NCBI GenBank assembly: GCA_020184695.1
Contig: JAANOX010000093.1
Span: 79,370-143,369 of the forward strand
DNA length: 64,000 nt
Direction of reading: 5' to 3'
Source: Histomonas meleagridis 2922-C6/04-290x
Taxonomy: Eukaryota > Protista > Parabasalia
A program made the translations under genes and the position numbers. How positions within the stretch are numbered: position 1 is the first letter of the stretch; each line of letters starts with the position of its first letter. This document shows positions 22,351-32,453 of the stretch, in pieces. The notes under the pieces are model-generated. The model saw nothing but the letters and a program-made list of their open reading frames with translations, did not search any database and was not told the DNA's origin.

Positions 22351-24093
22351 ATGGTGGAAACCCTTCCCTCTTCGCAAGAGCCACCACAATTTATAGACTC
22401 AACAACCACGAACCAAAATGAACTAAGTCCAAATGAATTCTCTGATGGCGCATATAATTTCAAAGACTTTGAAGAAGATGAAGAAGAATCTGTTGATCAA
22501 CAACGAACATTTATTCTCCCAAGTGAACTTACGCCACAACCAATTATTCGGAAACATGAGCCAATTCTTATTAGTTATGATCTACTTAACGATAATTTTC
22601 CATTTGGCGATATTTCCTCTTTGTCTTCATTTGATCCTACACAATGGTATAATTTTATACCCGAAAGGTTTGGTTTAACATCAACATTAGCTTATACATA
22701 TGATCCTTCTAATTCTAAAATTAATATTATGTTAAAACGTACAAATAATTTCTCAGTGCAAAATGTTCCATCATTTTCTTATGCTATACCAAATGATGAA
22801 GAATCAATTTTATTTTCTTGTAATGATGGTTTTAGAATTTTAGAAAACGATATGATCTTTAATATATCAAGTAAATTTAAGAATGCTAAGAAAATGATAG
22901 TTGATCCACTTGATGAAAAAAGATTCTTTTTTTTATCTTCAGAAGACAATAATCTTTATGTATTCCAAATGATTCAAAATAATTTCCATACGATTTTCGT
23001 GCAGGCGAACGTTTACGACTTTGATGTGTCAAAGAAATACTTGTTAACAGTCTCGTCCGGGAAAGTTTCATGTATTCAGCGCGGTGATACATCTATTTTG
23101 CCTTTATGGTTTTTAGATTATATTGAAGGCTCACGAGTGTATTTGAATGATAATTATTATTTCATTTTCTATCAAAATGAAGTTCGAATTTACAATATAA
23201 CCGATACGAACCTTGTCCAACTAATACCAAATGTATTAAAAGTAGCCAAAAGCGGTGAAAATATTATGTTTTTAATTGGAGATGGAAGATTACTTTATAA
23301 TCATTTTCTTTTTGATTTTTCTGAACCAATTATTTCTGTTGCTATTGATGATGGAGTTATTTCTGCTTGGTCTTCTATTGAAGAAGAGCCAACAATATTA
23401 AGGTTCGAAAATAAATCCAAACAAAATATTTCGAAATCAGATTTAATATCAATGAAAACTTTGATATATGAAACAACAGAAAGATTTTATCAAACAATAA
23501 CCAAAATGATTTCTAAACAAGATGATAAGCATGAAGAAATGATGAAAAATACAATTAGCATGTTAAACGATAGTTACAAAGAAGTTGAAGCATTGTCTAT
23601 AGCAATGCAAACGCAATTAGATTTGCTGAAACACGAATACATGAAGCAAAACGAAAAACTGCCATTGCAAGCTCAGATTGAAAGGTATATGAAAACTGGC
23701 GAAATTGAAAAGGCATTGGAAATTTCGTGTAAACTACCCAATAACCAGTTTTTGGAATTCTGTGCAAAAGATAACACACTCGAAACGGTCGTTCGACGGT
23801 TACCAGCGGCGGTTATATTAATGCTAATTAAAAAAATGGTGATAACAATCAAATGCGATAATGGGCCGTATAATATTGGCGTGTGGATTTCAAAGCTCGT
23901 TCTGGTTTTGTTAGGAAAGAAGGACGAAACAAAGAGTTTGAAATATGAATTAGAAGATACAATTTCAACTATCATAGCAAAGAATAGATTCATTTTAAAC
24001 TCTGATGATAAACATCGAGTTGATCAATGGTTAGTGGAAGAGTTAATGAATATTGCAAATCTTTTGAAAAACATTGTTAATGACTCTCATTGA
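22351..24093 (+). CDS. Hypothetical protein; beta-propeller-like region, coiled coil and helical C-terminus resembling EDC4/Ge-1/VCS
   Basis: Beta-rich repeats in the N-terminal two-thirds, then a coiled coil. QIERYMKTGEIEKALEI..LEFCAK..LPAAVILMLIKKM..VWISKL resembles the Ge-1 C-terminal pattern. The family call is inference. Confidence 0.55.
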   Translation: MVETLPSSQEPPQFIDSTTTNQNELSPNEFSDGAYNFKDFEEDEEESVDQQRTFILPSELTPQPIIRKHEPILISYDLLNDNFPFGDISSLSSFDPTQWYNFIPERFGLTSTLAYTYDPSNSKINIMLKRTNNFSVQNVPSFSYAIPNDEESILFSCNDGFRILENDMIFNISSKFKNAKKMIVDPLDEKRFFFLSSEDNNLYVFQMIQNNFHTIFVQANVYDFDVSKKYLLTVSSGKVSCIQRGDTSILPLWFLDYIEGSRVYLNDNYYFIFYQNEVRIYNITDTNLVQLIPNVLKVAKSGENIMFLIGDGRLLYNHFLFDFSEPIISVAIDDGVISAWSSIEEEPTILRFENKSKQNISKSDLISMKTLIYETTERFYQTITKMISKQDDKHEEMMKNTISMLNDSYKEVEALSIAMQTQLDLLKHEYMKQNEKLPLQAQIERYMKTGEIEKALEISCKLPNNQFLEFCAKDNTLETVVRRLPAAVILMLIKKMVITIKCDNGPYNIGVWISKLVLVLLGKKDETKSLKYELEDTISTIIAKNRFILNSDDKHRVDQWLVEELMNIANLLKNIVNDSH

Positions 24094-24399
24094 TTAAAGA
24101 ATTTCAACAACTTTTCTTTTTTGTTTTAGAATATAATAATAAAAAATATGACACAAAAAAAATAGATTTCAAATTAAAATAATTTTTCATAATAAATCTT
24201 TAGTCACGAAAAGAGTGATTTCATGAATTTGGATAAACTCAGTGTTTTTTTATTAAAAATGAATTCTGAGCATATGAGAAAACTTATGGAGTCACGATTT
24301 TCCCATAATGATGCATTCAATTTTTCAAGGCTAAGAAAAAATAGGTCTTTATTGAAAAGTTCCTTTTTATTTATTTGAATACTTTACTTCTTAAAATCG

Positions 24400-25371
24400 A
24401 TGAATGGAGCACAACCACAAACAGAATCATTTGAAACACTAAGTGACGCAATTTCATATGTTTTCAAGCAGGAACAAACATCCCTTCTCAGTCTCGACAG
24501 AATTTGCGAAGTTTTGTCAAGCCCTGATTTGTTTATCAAAAATAAAAAACGTGTTGTTTCCTGTGCATCTATACCACGTAGAAGAATTTCCAGTACCCTA
24601 TCATCTTCAGATTTATTTGTCAGGGCTGGCCCTCCTCGAACTTGTTTATGGGCAATATGCCCACATAATCCACTATATGTGAGTGACGGAGCAATTGCCG
24701 CCTCTATTGAACAAATGCTTGCAAGTAATGGTCCAATGACTCTTGAAGAACTTGTAAACACAACAGAATTAACTAGTGCTGATGTGCAATTATTCGAGCG
24801 TTTTTTATCAACAAACGCAACAGAATTCACTCTTCTTGATAATGGAAAATATTGGTTTACAAACCAACCTGTTCCCACTCAGCACGACTTTGAAAGTATA
24901 TCAAATGCGTTAGTTTTTGCATTTCATGCTTTTCCTCAGGGCGCTTCAGTCGAAGAACTTCACTGGTATTTATGCTTATCTACAGTGTCTCAGACAAAAC
25001 CAATTACACGACGATGTGTTTCACGTGAATTATCCAGAAGGCAAGATTTGTTTTTACATCTTTCTAGAGCCCGTTACACATTAATCGAGCACACAAAGAA
25101 CCCTGTTGTCCAGGAAACGAAGGAAACACCAGCGCCCAATAACAGCTCTGCTCCGTTTAACTTTGTCATCCCACAAATTTTCCCACAAAATTTGAACGAT
25201 AGTATCGTTCAGAAAGATTTTCAGACGCCGATTAACGGTTTCGATCAACCGTTTAGTAATCCTTTCGACTTTCAAGAAAGTAAATTGCACCAGGAAGTAC
25301 AGAATGATGATGAAGATTACTTTGACCCGGTTAACTTTTTTGGCAATGATTTCCAGTTTTCTTTTGATTGA
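24400..25371 (+). CDS. Hypothetical protein with three winged-helix-like repeats; paralogue of 45768-46571
   Basis: Intact ORF with three helix-helix-helix-wing segments and an acidic C-terminal motif DEDYFDPVNFFGNDFQFSFD. Confidence 0.8.
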   Translation: MNGAQPQTESFETLSDAISYVFKQEQTSLLSLDRICEVLSSPDLFIKNKKRVVSCASIPRRRISSTLSSSDLFVRAGPPRTCLWAICPHNPLYVSDGAIAASIEQMLASNGPMTLEELVNTTELTSADVQLFERFLSTNATEFTLLDNGKYWFTNQPVPTQHDFESISNALVFAFHAFPQGASVEELHWYLCLSTVSQTKPITRRCVSRELSRRQDLFLHLSRARYTLIEHTKNPVVQETKETPAPNNSSAPFNFVIPQIFPQNLNDSIVQKDFQTPINGFDQPFSNPFDFQESKLHQEVQNDDEDYFDPVNFFGNDFQFSFD

Positions 25372-25590
25372 TTGTTATAAAATCTGTATTAACTTTATTT
25401 TTGCATGAATATTAATTCGCTATTTTCATAAAAAAATTTGGAAACATAATGTTCTAATCGACGATTGTATTTTAAACAAATCTTTCTCATTTACAAATGA
25501 TACTTTTTTAATTGAAAAAAAGAACGTCATAAATGATTAAAAATTGGAATAAAAAGATGTAGGTTTTGTTTAGCAAAAGATTTAAATTTC

Positions 25591-26247
25591 TTACAATTCT
25601 TTGTTTGGTTCAAATTGCTTTCTGAAGAATTCTGCAGCTTCCCTAATGGTCAGCTTTCCTTTGTAGCATGTAATCTCTTCACCCTTTTTCACATATATTC
25701 CAGGGAAATTCTCAAGCTTGAGCTCATCAAAAAGTTTTTGATCATTTGAAACAAAAAATTTGACATCACTCATTCCTAACTTCTTTTCGATTCCTGCCCA
25801 AATTTTTGGGATCGTTGGCTTTTCAGTGAACAAAATAGCTGCATTTTCAGAAATAGATTGCGTGTAATTATTACGATCAACAACAATAGCTGTATCTTGT
25901 AAGAAAGCGGACACCCAATTAACAAGTAGACGTGCAAGTTGCATTTCACGATATTCATAAATTGTTCCATTGGTAAAGAATAAAAGTCTTGGTACACCTT
26001 CTGTGTGAAGTTCTTGGCATGCTGTTCTGTTCAAAGAGCAATCAAGTTCTGCCCAGTTAGTTATTCCATCACCAAGTTCAGATGCTTGATTCCAAGTTGG
26101 TAATAATCGAACACAATGTTGGCATGATTCGCTATGCAACATTACAAAATAGCTTTTATTATCATTTGGTGGAAGACCTTCTAAGTGGACGATATTGGGT
26201 CCAAAATTAAAATGAGAAGTAATAAAAACCAAGAAACAAAAGAACAT
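25591..26247 (-). CDS. Thioredoxin/PDI-like ER protein
   Basis: Signal peptide, CQHC active site (SESCQHCVRLLPTW), GVPRLLFF with the cis-Pro, a second redox-inactive Trx-like half and C-terminal NKEL (KDEL-like). Confidence 0.88.
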   Translation of the reverse strand: MFFCFLVFITSHFNFGPNIVHLEGLPPNDNKSYFVMLHSESCQHCVRLLPTWNQASELGDGITNWAELDCSLNRTACQELHTEGVPRLLFFTNGTIYEYREMQLARLLVNWVSAFLQDTAIVVDRNNYTQSISENAAILFTEKPTIPKIWAGIEKKLGMSDVKFFVSNDQKLFDELKLENFPGIYVKKGEEITCYKGKLTIREAAEFFRKQFEPNKEL

Positions 26248-26676
26248 TTGGTTGGATTTTCTGAATAACCGTCAACCGAAATTTAATTTCATCCTCGCTT
26301 TTATCTAAAACATTTTTGAATACTTTATTTGGAGTACCCCGTTAGAAAGCGGTTATCAATATTTTAACCTTATCTTTAACTATTAAAATGTAATATTATA
26401 TTCAAGTTTTCTTTTTGAAAAATTCTCGTGTTTTTGAAAGTAATCCTGACGATTTCGAGATATTTCCATTTTAACATTTTGAATTCATTTAGCAGCTTTA
26501 TTGAATAGATTTTACGGTTAGAATTTGAAACGGAAAAAGTGACATTGAACATAAGGTAGTTATCATTTATCAAAACGAGATATTGTTGTTGTTGTACTTT
26601 AATAAAATTTAGCTTATATCAAAATGCTCATTTCACATGAACATTTTTTGCCAATCAAAAAAAAAAGATGGAATTT

Positions 26677-28364
26677 TTAGAATTTGAATTTAGCGCATAT
26701 CAATTTAATTATTTCTTTGTGATTAAATTTCGAAGCTATTAGAAGTGCTGTTTGAAGTTTTTTGAATAATTTCCAAATAATGTTATAAAATTTTATTTTA
26801 TTTAAATGAATTTTAAATAATATAGTTAATTATTTTTAGCATTAACATCAATTTCTTTTTGTTCGACAAGAGCTTTCACAACTTCATAATTACCTTTGAA
26901 TGCTGCTGAATGAAGTGATGTCCAAAATATTATTCATAATTTCCAAATGTTATACAAAAATAAGAAACAATTAAAATAAATATCATAGAAAACAAATTAA
27001 TATTTTTAGCATTTATATCAATTCCTTTTAGTTCAAGGAGTAACTGAACTACTTCTAAATGGCCATTTAAAGATGCAAGAATAAGTGCTGTATTAAATAA
27101 TTTATATAATTTCCAAACATTATTTTTAAAAATAAAATTATTAAAATAAATATTAATTAAAACATAAAAATATTTTTAGCATTTATATCAATTCCTTTTT
27201 GTTCAAGTAGTAATTCAACGACTTCTAAATAACTATACGAAGATGCTAAAATAAGTGCTGTATAAAATAATTCAAATATTTTCGATATATTATTTTGAAA
27301 TACTGAAATAATAAAATAATCATGGAATATTTTCTACAAAAACTATTTCTAGCATTAATATTTATTCCTTCTTGTTTAATAAGCAAACCAACTATTTCTG
27401 TACTACCATTTTCAGATGCATAAATAAGTGCTGATTTCTATATTTTAAGTAATTTCCAAATAATGTTTTTAGATTTTATTTTATTTATATAAAAATTAAG
27501 CAAAAGAAACAAATATCTTGAGTATTAATATCAATCCCATTTTTTTTAAGAAGTGATTTAACGATTTTTGCATGACCCTTTTCTGAAGCACATGTAAGTG
27601 CTGTTTGAAATAATTTGTATAATTTCCTAATATTTTTTAGGAATTTCAAATTATTAAAATAAATATCAAATGAAATAAAAAAATATTTTTGGCATTAATA
27701 TCAATTTCTTTTTGTTTTAAAAGTAATTTAACTATTTCCAAATGACCTTGATAAGATGCAAGAATAAGTGCAGTATTAAATAATTTAAATTTTTTCCAAA
27801 TAGTATTTTGGAATACTGAAAAATTGAAATAAACATGAAACTAAATTTACAAAAATTATTTTTAATATTGACATTAATCTCTGTTTGTTCAAGAAGTAAC
27901 TTAACTATTTCTATGTAACCATTTTCAGATGCATAAACAAGCGCAGCTTTTTATAATTTAAATAATTTCCAAATAATATTTTGAAATATCAAATTATTAA
28001 AATAAATATCAAATAAAACAAATAAATATCTTTAGCATTCATATCAATTCCTTCTTGTTCAAGAAGTAATTTAACTATTTCCAAATGACCTTGATAAGAT
28101 GCAAGAATAAGTGCAGTATTAAATAATTTAAATTTTTTCCAAATAAAATTTTGAAAAATAAAATTGTTGATATAGATTTGATTTTAAACATAAAAACACT
28201 TTTAGCATTAATATCAATTTCTTTTTTCTTAATAAGTAATTTAACTATTTTTAAATATCCAAAAAAAGATGCTGTCATAAGTGATGTATTAAACAACTTA
28301 AATAAATCCCAAATTTTATTTAAAAATGATGTAAAGTTGAAACAAATTTCAAATCAAACTAATA
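26677..28364 (-). repeat. Ankyrin coding-block/spacer tandem array 2 (10 units, 170/173-bp period)
   Basis: 93-nt coding blocks; eight 77-nt and two 80-nt spacers, counted from the sequence. Confidence 0.93.
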
Positions 28365-29513
28365 AATATTTTTGTAATTAATATCAATTTTTTTGTGTTC
28401 TAAAATGAACTTAACTAATTCATTATTTCCTGATTCTGTAGAATAAATTAAAATATCTTTTGGAATTGGATTAAATTCAAGAAAATATTTGACAAGAAAT
28501 ATGTTTCCAATTTTTGCTGATTCATTAATAATACCATCATTGACTTGCAACCCCTCTTCAAGTAAAAATGAAAAAATTTCATAATTATGATATAAAATAC
28601 AAAACTTTCCTAATTCTTCTAAATTATTATTTTTAAAAACTTTGTTTTCATAAAGATATTTAAAGATATTATTTTTATGAAATTGAATTGCTGTTTCATA
28701 TGCATATTCAAATGATGAATGATTTTGTTCACATAAATGAATAATTTCAAGATTTCCACTTGCAACAGCATATTTTCCTGTGTTATTTACATTTGCACCA
28801 TTCGTAAGTAAATATTTAAAACATTTAACTGATCCAAAAAATGCTGCATAATTAATTAATGTTACATTGCTTTCATTAATAAATGAACATCTTTCATAAA
28901 GTGATGGCTCAATTCTTTGATTAAAATCGAAATTTGCTTGTGGTGATATTTCTTGAAGTTTTTCGATTTCATCATTTCGAATTATCTTTGCAATTTCATT
29001 TGGATTAACTCCTTCTTCAATTAATTGCTTATGAAGCTCCCAATTGTTTTTTGAAAGTTCATCATAATTTTCAATAATTGATTCTAAAAATTCAGAATAT
29101 ATAAATTTTTTAATTTCTTCTTTCGACATGTAATGTGCAAAATAGAGATTGCTTTTGTTAATTTTTGGCTCAATAAAATGTAGTTCATACATTTTTTCAA
29201 GAAGCCAAAATGACTCATGTGTATTTTTGTTAATGAGGAAAATTGTAATGACATCAATTATTTTCGATTTTATTTTGTTTTTCTCATATTTTTCAATTTC
29301 TTTAATTAAGTTCAAATAAATATTAAAATCATTAATTCGCAAATCAAATATTGTATACAACATTTGGGAAATCATTAAATTAAAAGATAATGAATAATTT
29401 TTTTCATATTTGTTGATGATGGAGTTTCTTAATTGATTAAAATTTAAATCATTTAAATCAAAAAACATTCTATTTATAAGTATGAGTGTTTCCAATTGGT
29501 CTTGATTTGACAT
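26677..29513 (-). CDS. DUF3447-type ankyrin-repeat protein; gene continues past the ORF stop at 28359 as 10 spacer-separated ankyrin blocks (putative non-canonical introns)
   Basis: ORF 28359-29513 has the family motifs. Stop-free ankyrin blocks start at 28287, 28117, 27947, 27774, 27604, 27434, 27261, 27091, 26921 and 26751; the last ends EIIKLICAKFKF* at 26677. The joined model is inference. Confidence 0.7.
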
Positions 29514-29646
29514 GTAAAAATGGCTTGAAACTCACTTTTTGACTGCTTTATGTAATTTTTTTGCGGCCATCTATACACTCAAAAGCTCAAGAGTTCAAAT
29601 GGCGGTTTCCCACTTTTTATGTGGAGCTCCTTTGGCTTAGGGTTTG

Positions 29647-30405
29647 ATGAGCAAGTTCCAAGCGATCCAAGTAACAGATTTTTCAACGCCCAAACCTGAA
29701 AACGCCATTAGAGTCTTCTGTTTTTCGGATACGCATGGTCTTCATGCAGACATCCCTCGAGAACATATTGTCCCCGCAGATATTGGAATAATGGTTGGTG
29801 ACTTTACAGGATATGGCAATGTTACTGATGTTGACAGCTTTCGTGATTGGTATCTTCAATTGCCATTTACCCACAAAATTGTCATTGCAGGTAACCATGA
29901 GATTTCTTTTGATGAGGCCAATCGTGAATCAATCACACCAATGTGGAATGACCGATTTACGGTCCCAGTGGAGACTATCAAATCACATATTTATCATGAA
30001 GGATTGATCTATGCTGAACATTCCACAATTGAACTTATGGGTCTTAAGATCTTCTGTTCACCATACACTCCTTTCTTCTGTAACTGGGCCTTTCCAGTAC
30101 CAAGCAATGATGATAAATTTTGGGATGCGATTCCATATGGCACAGATATTATCGCAACGCATGGTCCACCCCGCGGCATCCTTGACATCACAGCAGGCAA
30201 TTTCCCCGTGAATTGTGGAGACCCATTACTCGCGAGACGTGTTTCCCAGGTCAAACCAGCGCTCCACATATTCGGACACATACACGAAACGTACGGAATC
30301 AAAGTTAGTAAAGCGTTTGGAACGACGTTTGCGAATGTTTCTGTTGCAAACTTCCATTATAAAATTGTGAACAAGCCATTTGTATTCGATATGGTTCCTA
30401 AATAA
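29647..30405 (+). CDS. Calcineurin-like metallophosphoesterase (MPPED/239FB-like)
   Basis: FSDTHG, MVGDFT, IAGNHE, IIATHGPP and HIFGHIHE motifs. Confidence 0.92.
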   Translation: MSKFQAIQVTDFSTPKPENAIRVFCFSDTHGLHADIPREHIVPADIGIMVGDFTGYGNVTDVDSFRDWYLQLPFTHKIVIAGNHEISFDEANRESITPMWNDRFTVPVETIKSHIYHEGLIYAEHSTIELMGLKIFCSPYTPFFCNWAFPVPSNDDKFWDAIPYGTDIIATHGPPRGILDITAGNFPVNCGDPLLARRVSQVKPALHIFGHIHETYGIKVSKAFGTTFANVSVANFHYKIVNKPFVFDMVPK

Positions 30406-30536
30406 ATTAAGTAAAATTTTAATACGATTATGCACATCAATTGTTGTAATTGAGAATAAAAAATTTTATCGGTATAAAAAATAATTCATACATTTTAATA
30501 TTAAATTTTATGTAAAAAATTATTAAATCTGTCTGT

Positions 30537-32453
30537 TTATTTAGAACTCATGAATTTTTTAAGCCTTAATAATTGTATTATTTCCGGGTTATCAGTCAAA
30601 GTCGATGCATAATCATAAACAATATTTTCTTGCTTTATAAGTAACTTTATAACATCAATGTAACATCCTTGGCAAGCATATGCAAGAGCAGTTTTAAAAG
30701 ACACAAAAAAAATTCCAAATATAACGTCAAAATATCAATTTTTTCAAATAAACATCAAAAATTAATATCAAATAGTTTTCGCATTTATATCAATATCTTT
30801 ATGATCAAGAAGTAACTGTACCACATTAATAGATCCGTTCCTACATGCTGACATTAGTGCTGTCCAAAATATTTTTTGAAAATTCCAAATATAAATTCAA
30901 AACATTGAAATTATTAAAGAAACAGCAAATAAAATATTGATATAGTTTTAGCATTAATATCAATTTGTTCTTGTTCAAGAAGTAATTTTACAACTTCTGC
31001 ATCTCCTTTCGAACAAGCAAGCATTAATAATGTAATAAATTGTTGGATTAATCTCCAAATTATTTGATAAGACATAAAATATTTTATTATAATTTTGATA
31101 AGATGAAATAAACATCTCTCTCATTGATATTAATTCCTTTTTGTTGAAGAAGTAATTTAACAATATTAGTATTATTATTTTTACAAGTAATCATAAGTGG
31201 CGAGTTAAATAATTTGAATAATTTCCAAATAATATATGAAAACAGCTTAAAATCAAAATAAATTTTATATAAAATAAATTGATATCATTAACATTCACAT
31301 CAATTTCATCTTGTTCAAGAAGTAATTTTATTATTTCTTCATGATTATTTAAACAAGCAATTAAAAGAGGTGTTCTTTTTAATTTAATTAAATTCCAAAC
31401 ATTTCTTTTAAACATCAAAATTTTTATATAAATTTTAAATAAAAAATAAAAATATCTTTTTCATTAACATCAATTTTCTTTGTATCCAAAAGTAATTTGA
31501 CAATTTCAGTATAACCATTTGAACATGCAATATTTAGTGGTGTCATAAATAATTTGAAGAAATTCTAAATTATTAAATGAAACATGAATTAATACAATTA
31601 TACTTTATCTAAAGTAAATTAATATCTTTTAAGTTTAAATCAATTTCTTTATGTGTAAGAAGCAAAGAAACAATTTTTGGTTTATTATTTTCTACTGCAA
31701 TGATTAATGCTGTTTTAAATATATCAAACAAATTCCAAATAGTGAAAACAATCATTAAACTCTTAAAATAAATATTATTCAATAAAAATTAACTTTTTTT
31801 TCATTTATGTTTAAACCATTTTGTTCAAGAAGCAATTTAACAATTTGTGAATGGCCTCTTTTACATTCATTCATGAGTAATGTGGAAAATAATATAAATA
31901 AATTCCATATAAACCATAAAAAAATCAAAACTTTTAATGAAACATTAGATAAAATGCTAAAACATGTTTATAATTAATATCAATTCCTTTAATTGAAAGT
32001 AATAATTTAATGGCTTCCGGATTATTGCTGTTTGAAGCAATTTTAAGCAATTTAAAAAATATTAAAAACAAATTCCAAATAAAAAATAGAAACATGTAAC
32101 ACATTAAACTAACAACAAATAAAAAGAAAAAATATGTCTTGTATTGATTTCAATATTAGTTTGTTTCAATAATAAATGCATAATCTTTGTATCACCTTTT
32201 GAACAAGCCCACATAAAAGCATCCCAAAAACAAAAAAACAAATTTTAAATATTAAGATAATATATCAAATAAAAATTAAAAACATTAGAAAAATATATAA
32301 AACATCTTTTATATTAATATCTATATTTTTAGTCGATAGTAATAATTTTGCTATCTCAAAATAACCATTTGAACAAGCCAACATTAGTGGTGTACAAAAT
32401 ATTTAAAATAAATTCCAAAAAGTAAATAAAATAAACACCAATTAAATCATTTA
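30537..32453 (-). repeat. Ankyrin coding-block/spacer tandem array 3 (11 units, 170-bp period)
   Basis: Spacers: one of 60 nt, nine of 77 nt and one of 78 nt. TTTGGAATT-like motif at spacer positions 52-60. Confidence 0.93.

Noticed and set aside
26677-32453. CRISPR-like repeat-spacer array
   Set aside because: The repeats are divergent protein-coding ankyrin blocks, the spacers are homologous to one another, there are no cas genes and the context is eukaryotic.
26677-32453. Canonical GT-AG or U12 AT-AC introns in the ankyrin spacers
   Set aside because: The I/V codon before most spacers starts with AT or GT, but no AG or AC occurs at a frame-restoring 3' position. The AG in ACAG gives the wrong frame, and there is no ACTAAC or TCCTTAAC branch motif.
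30692-32453. Single 53-nt deletion between ATATTT direct repeats giving a D-I-W-K-L-F-K-L-F-N-T loop
   Set aside because: The retained 24 nt contain in-frame stops in at least three spacers of array 3.
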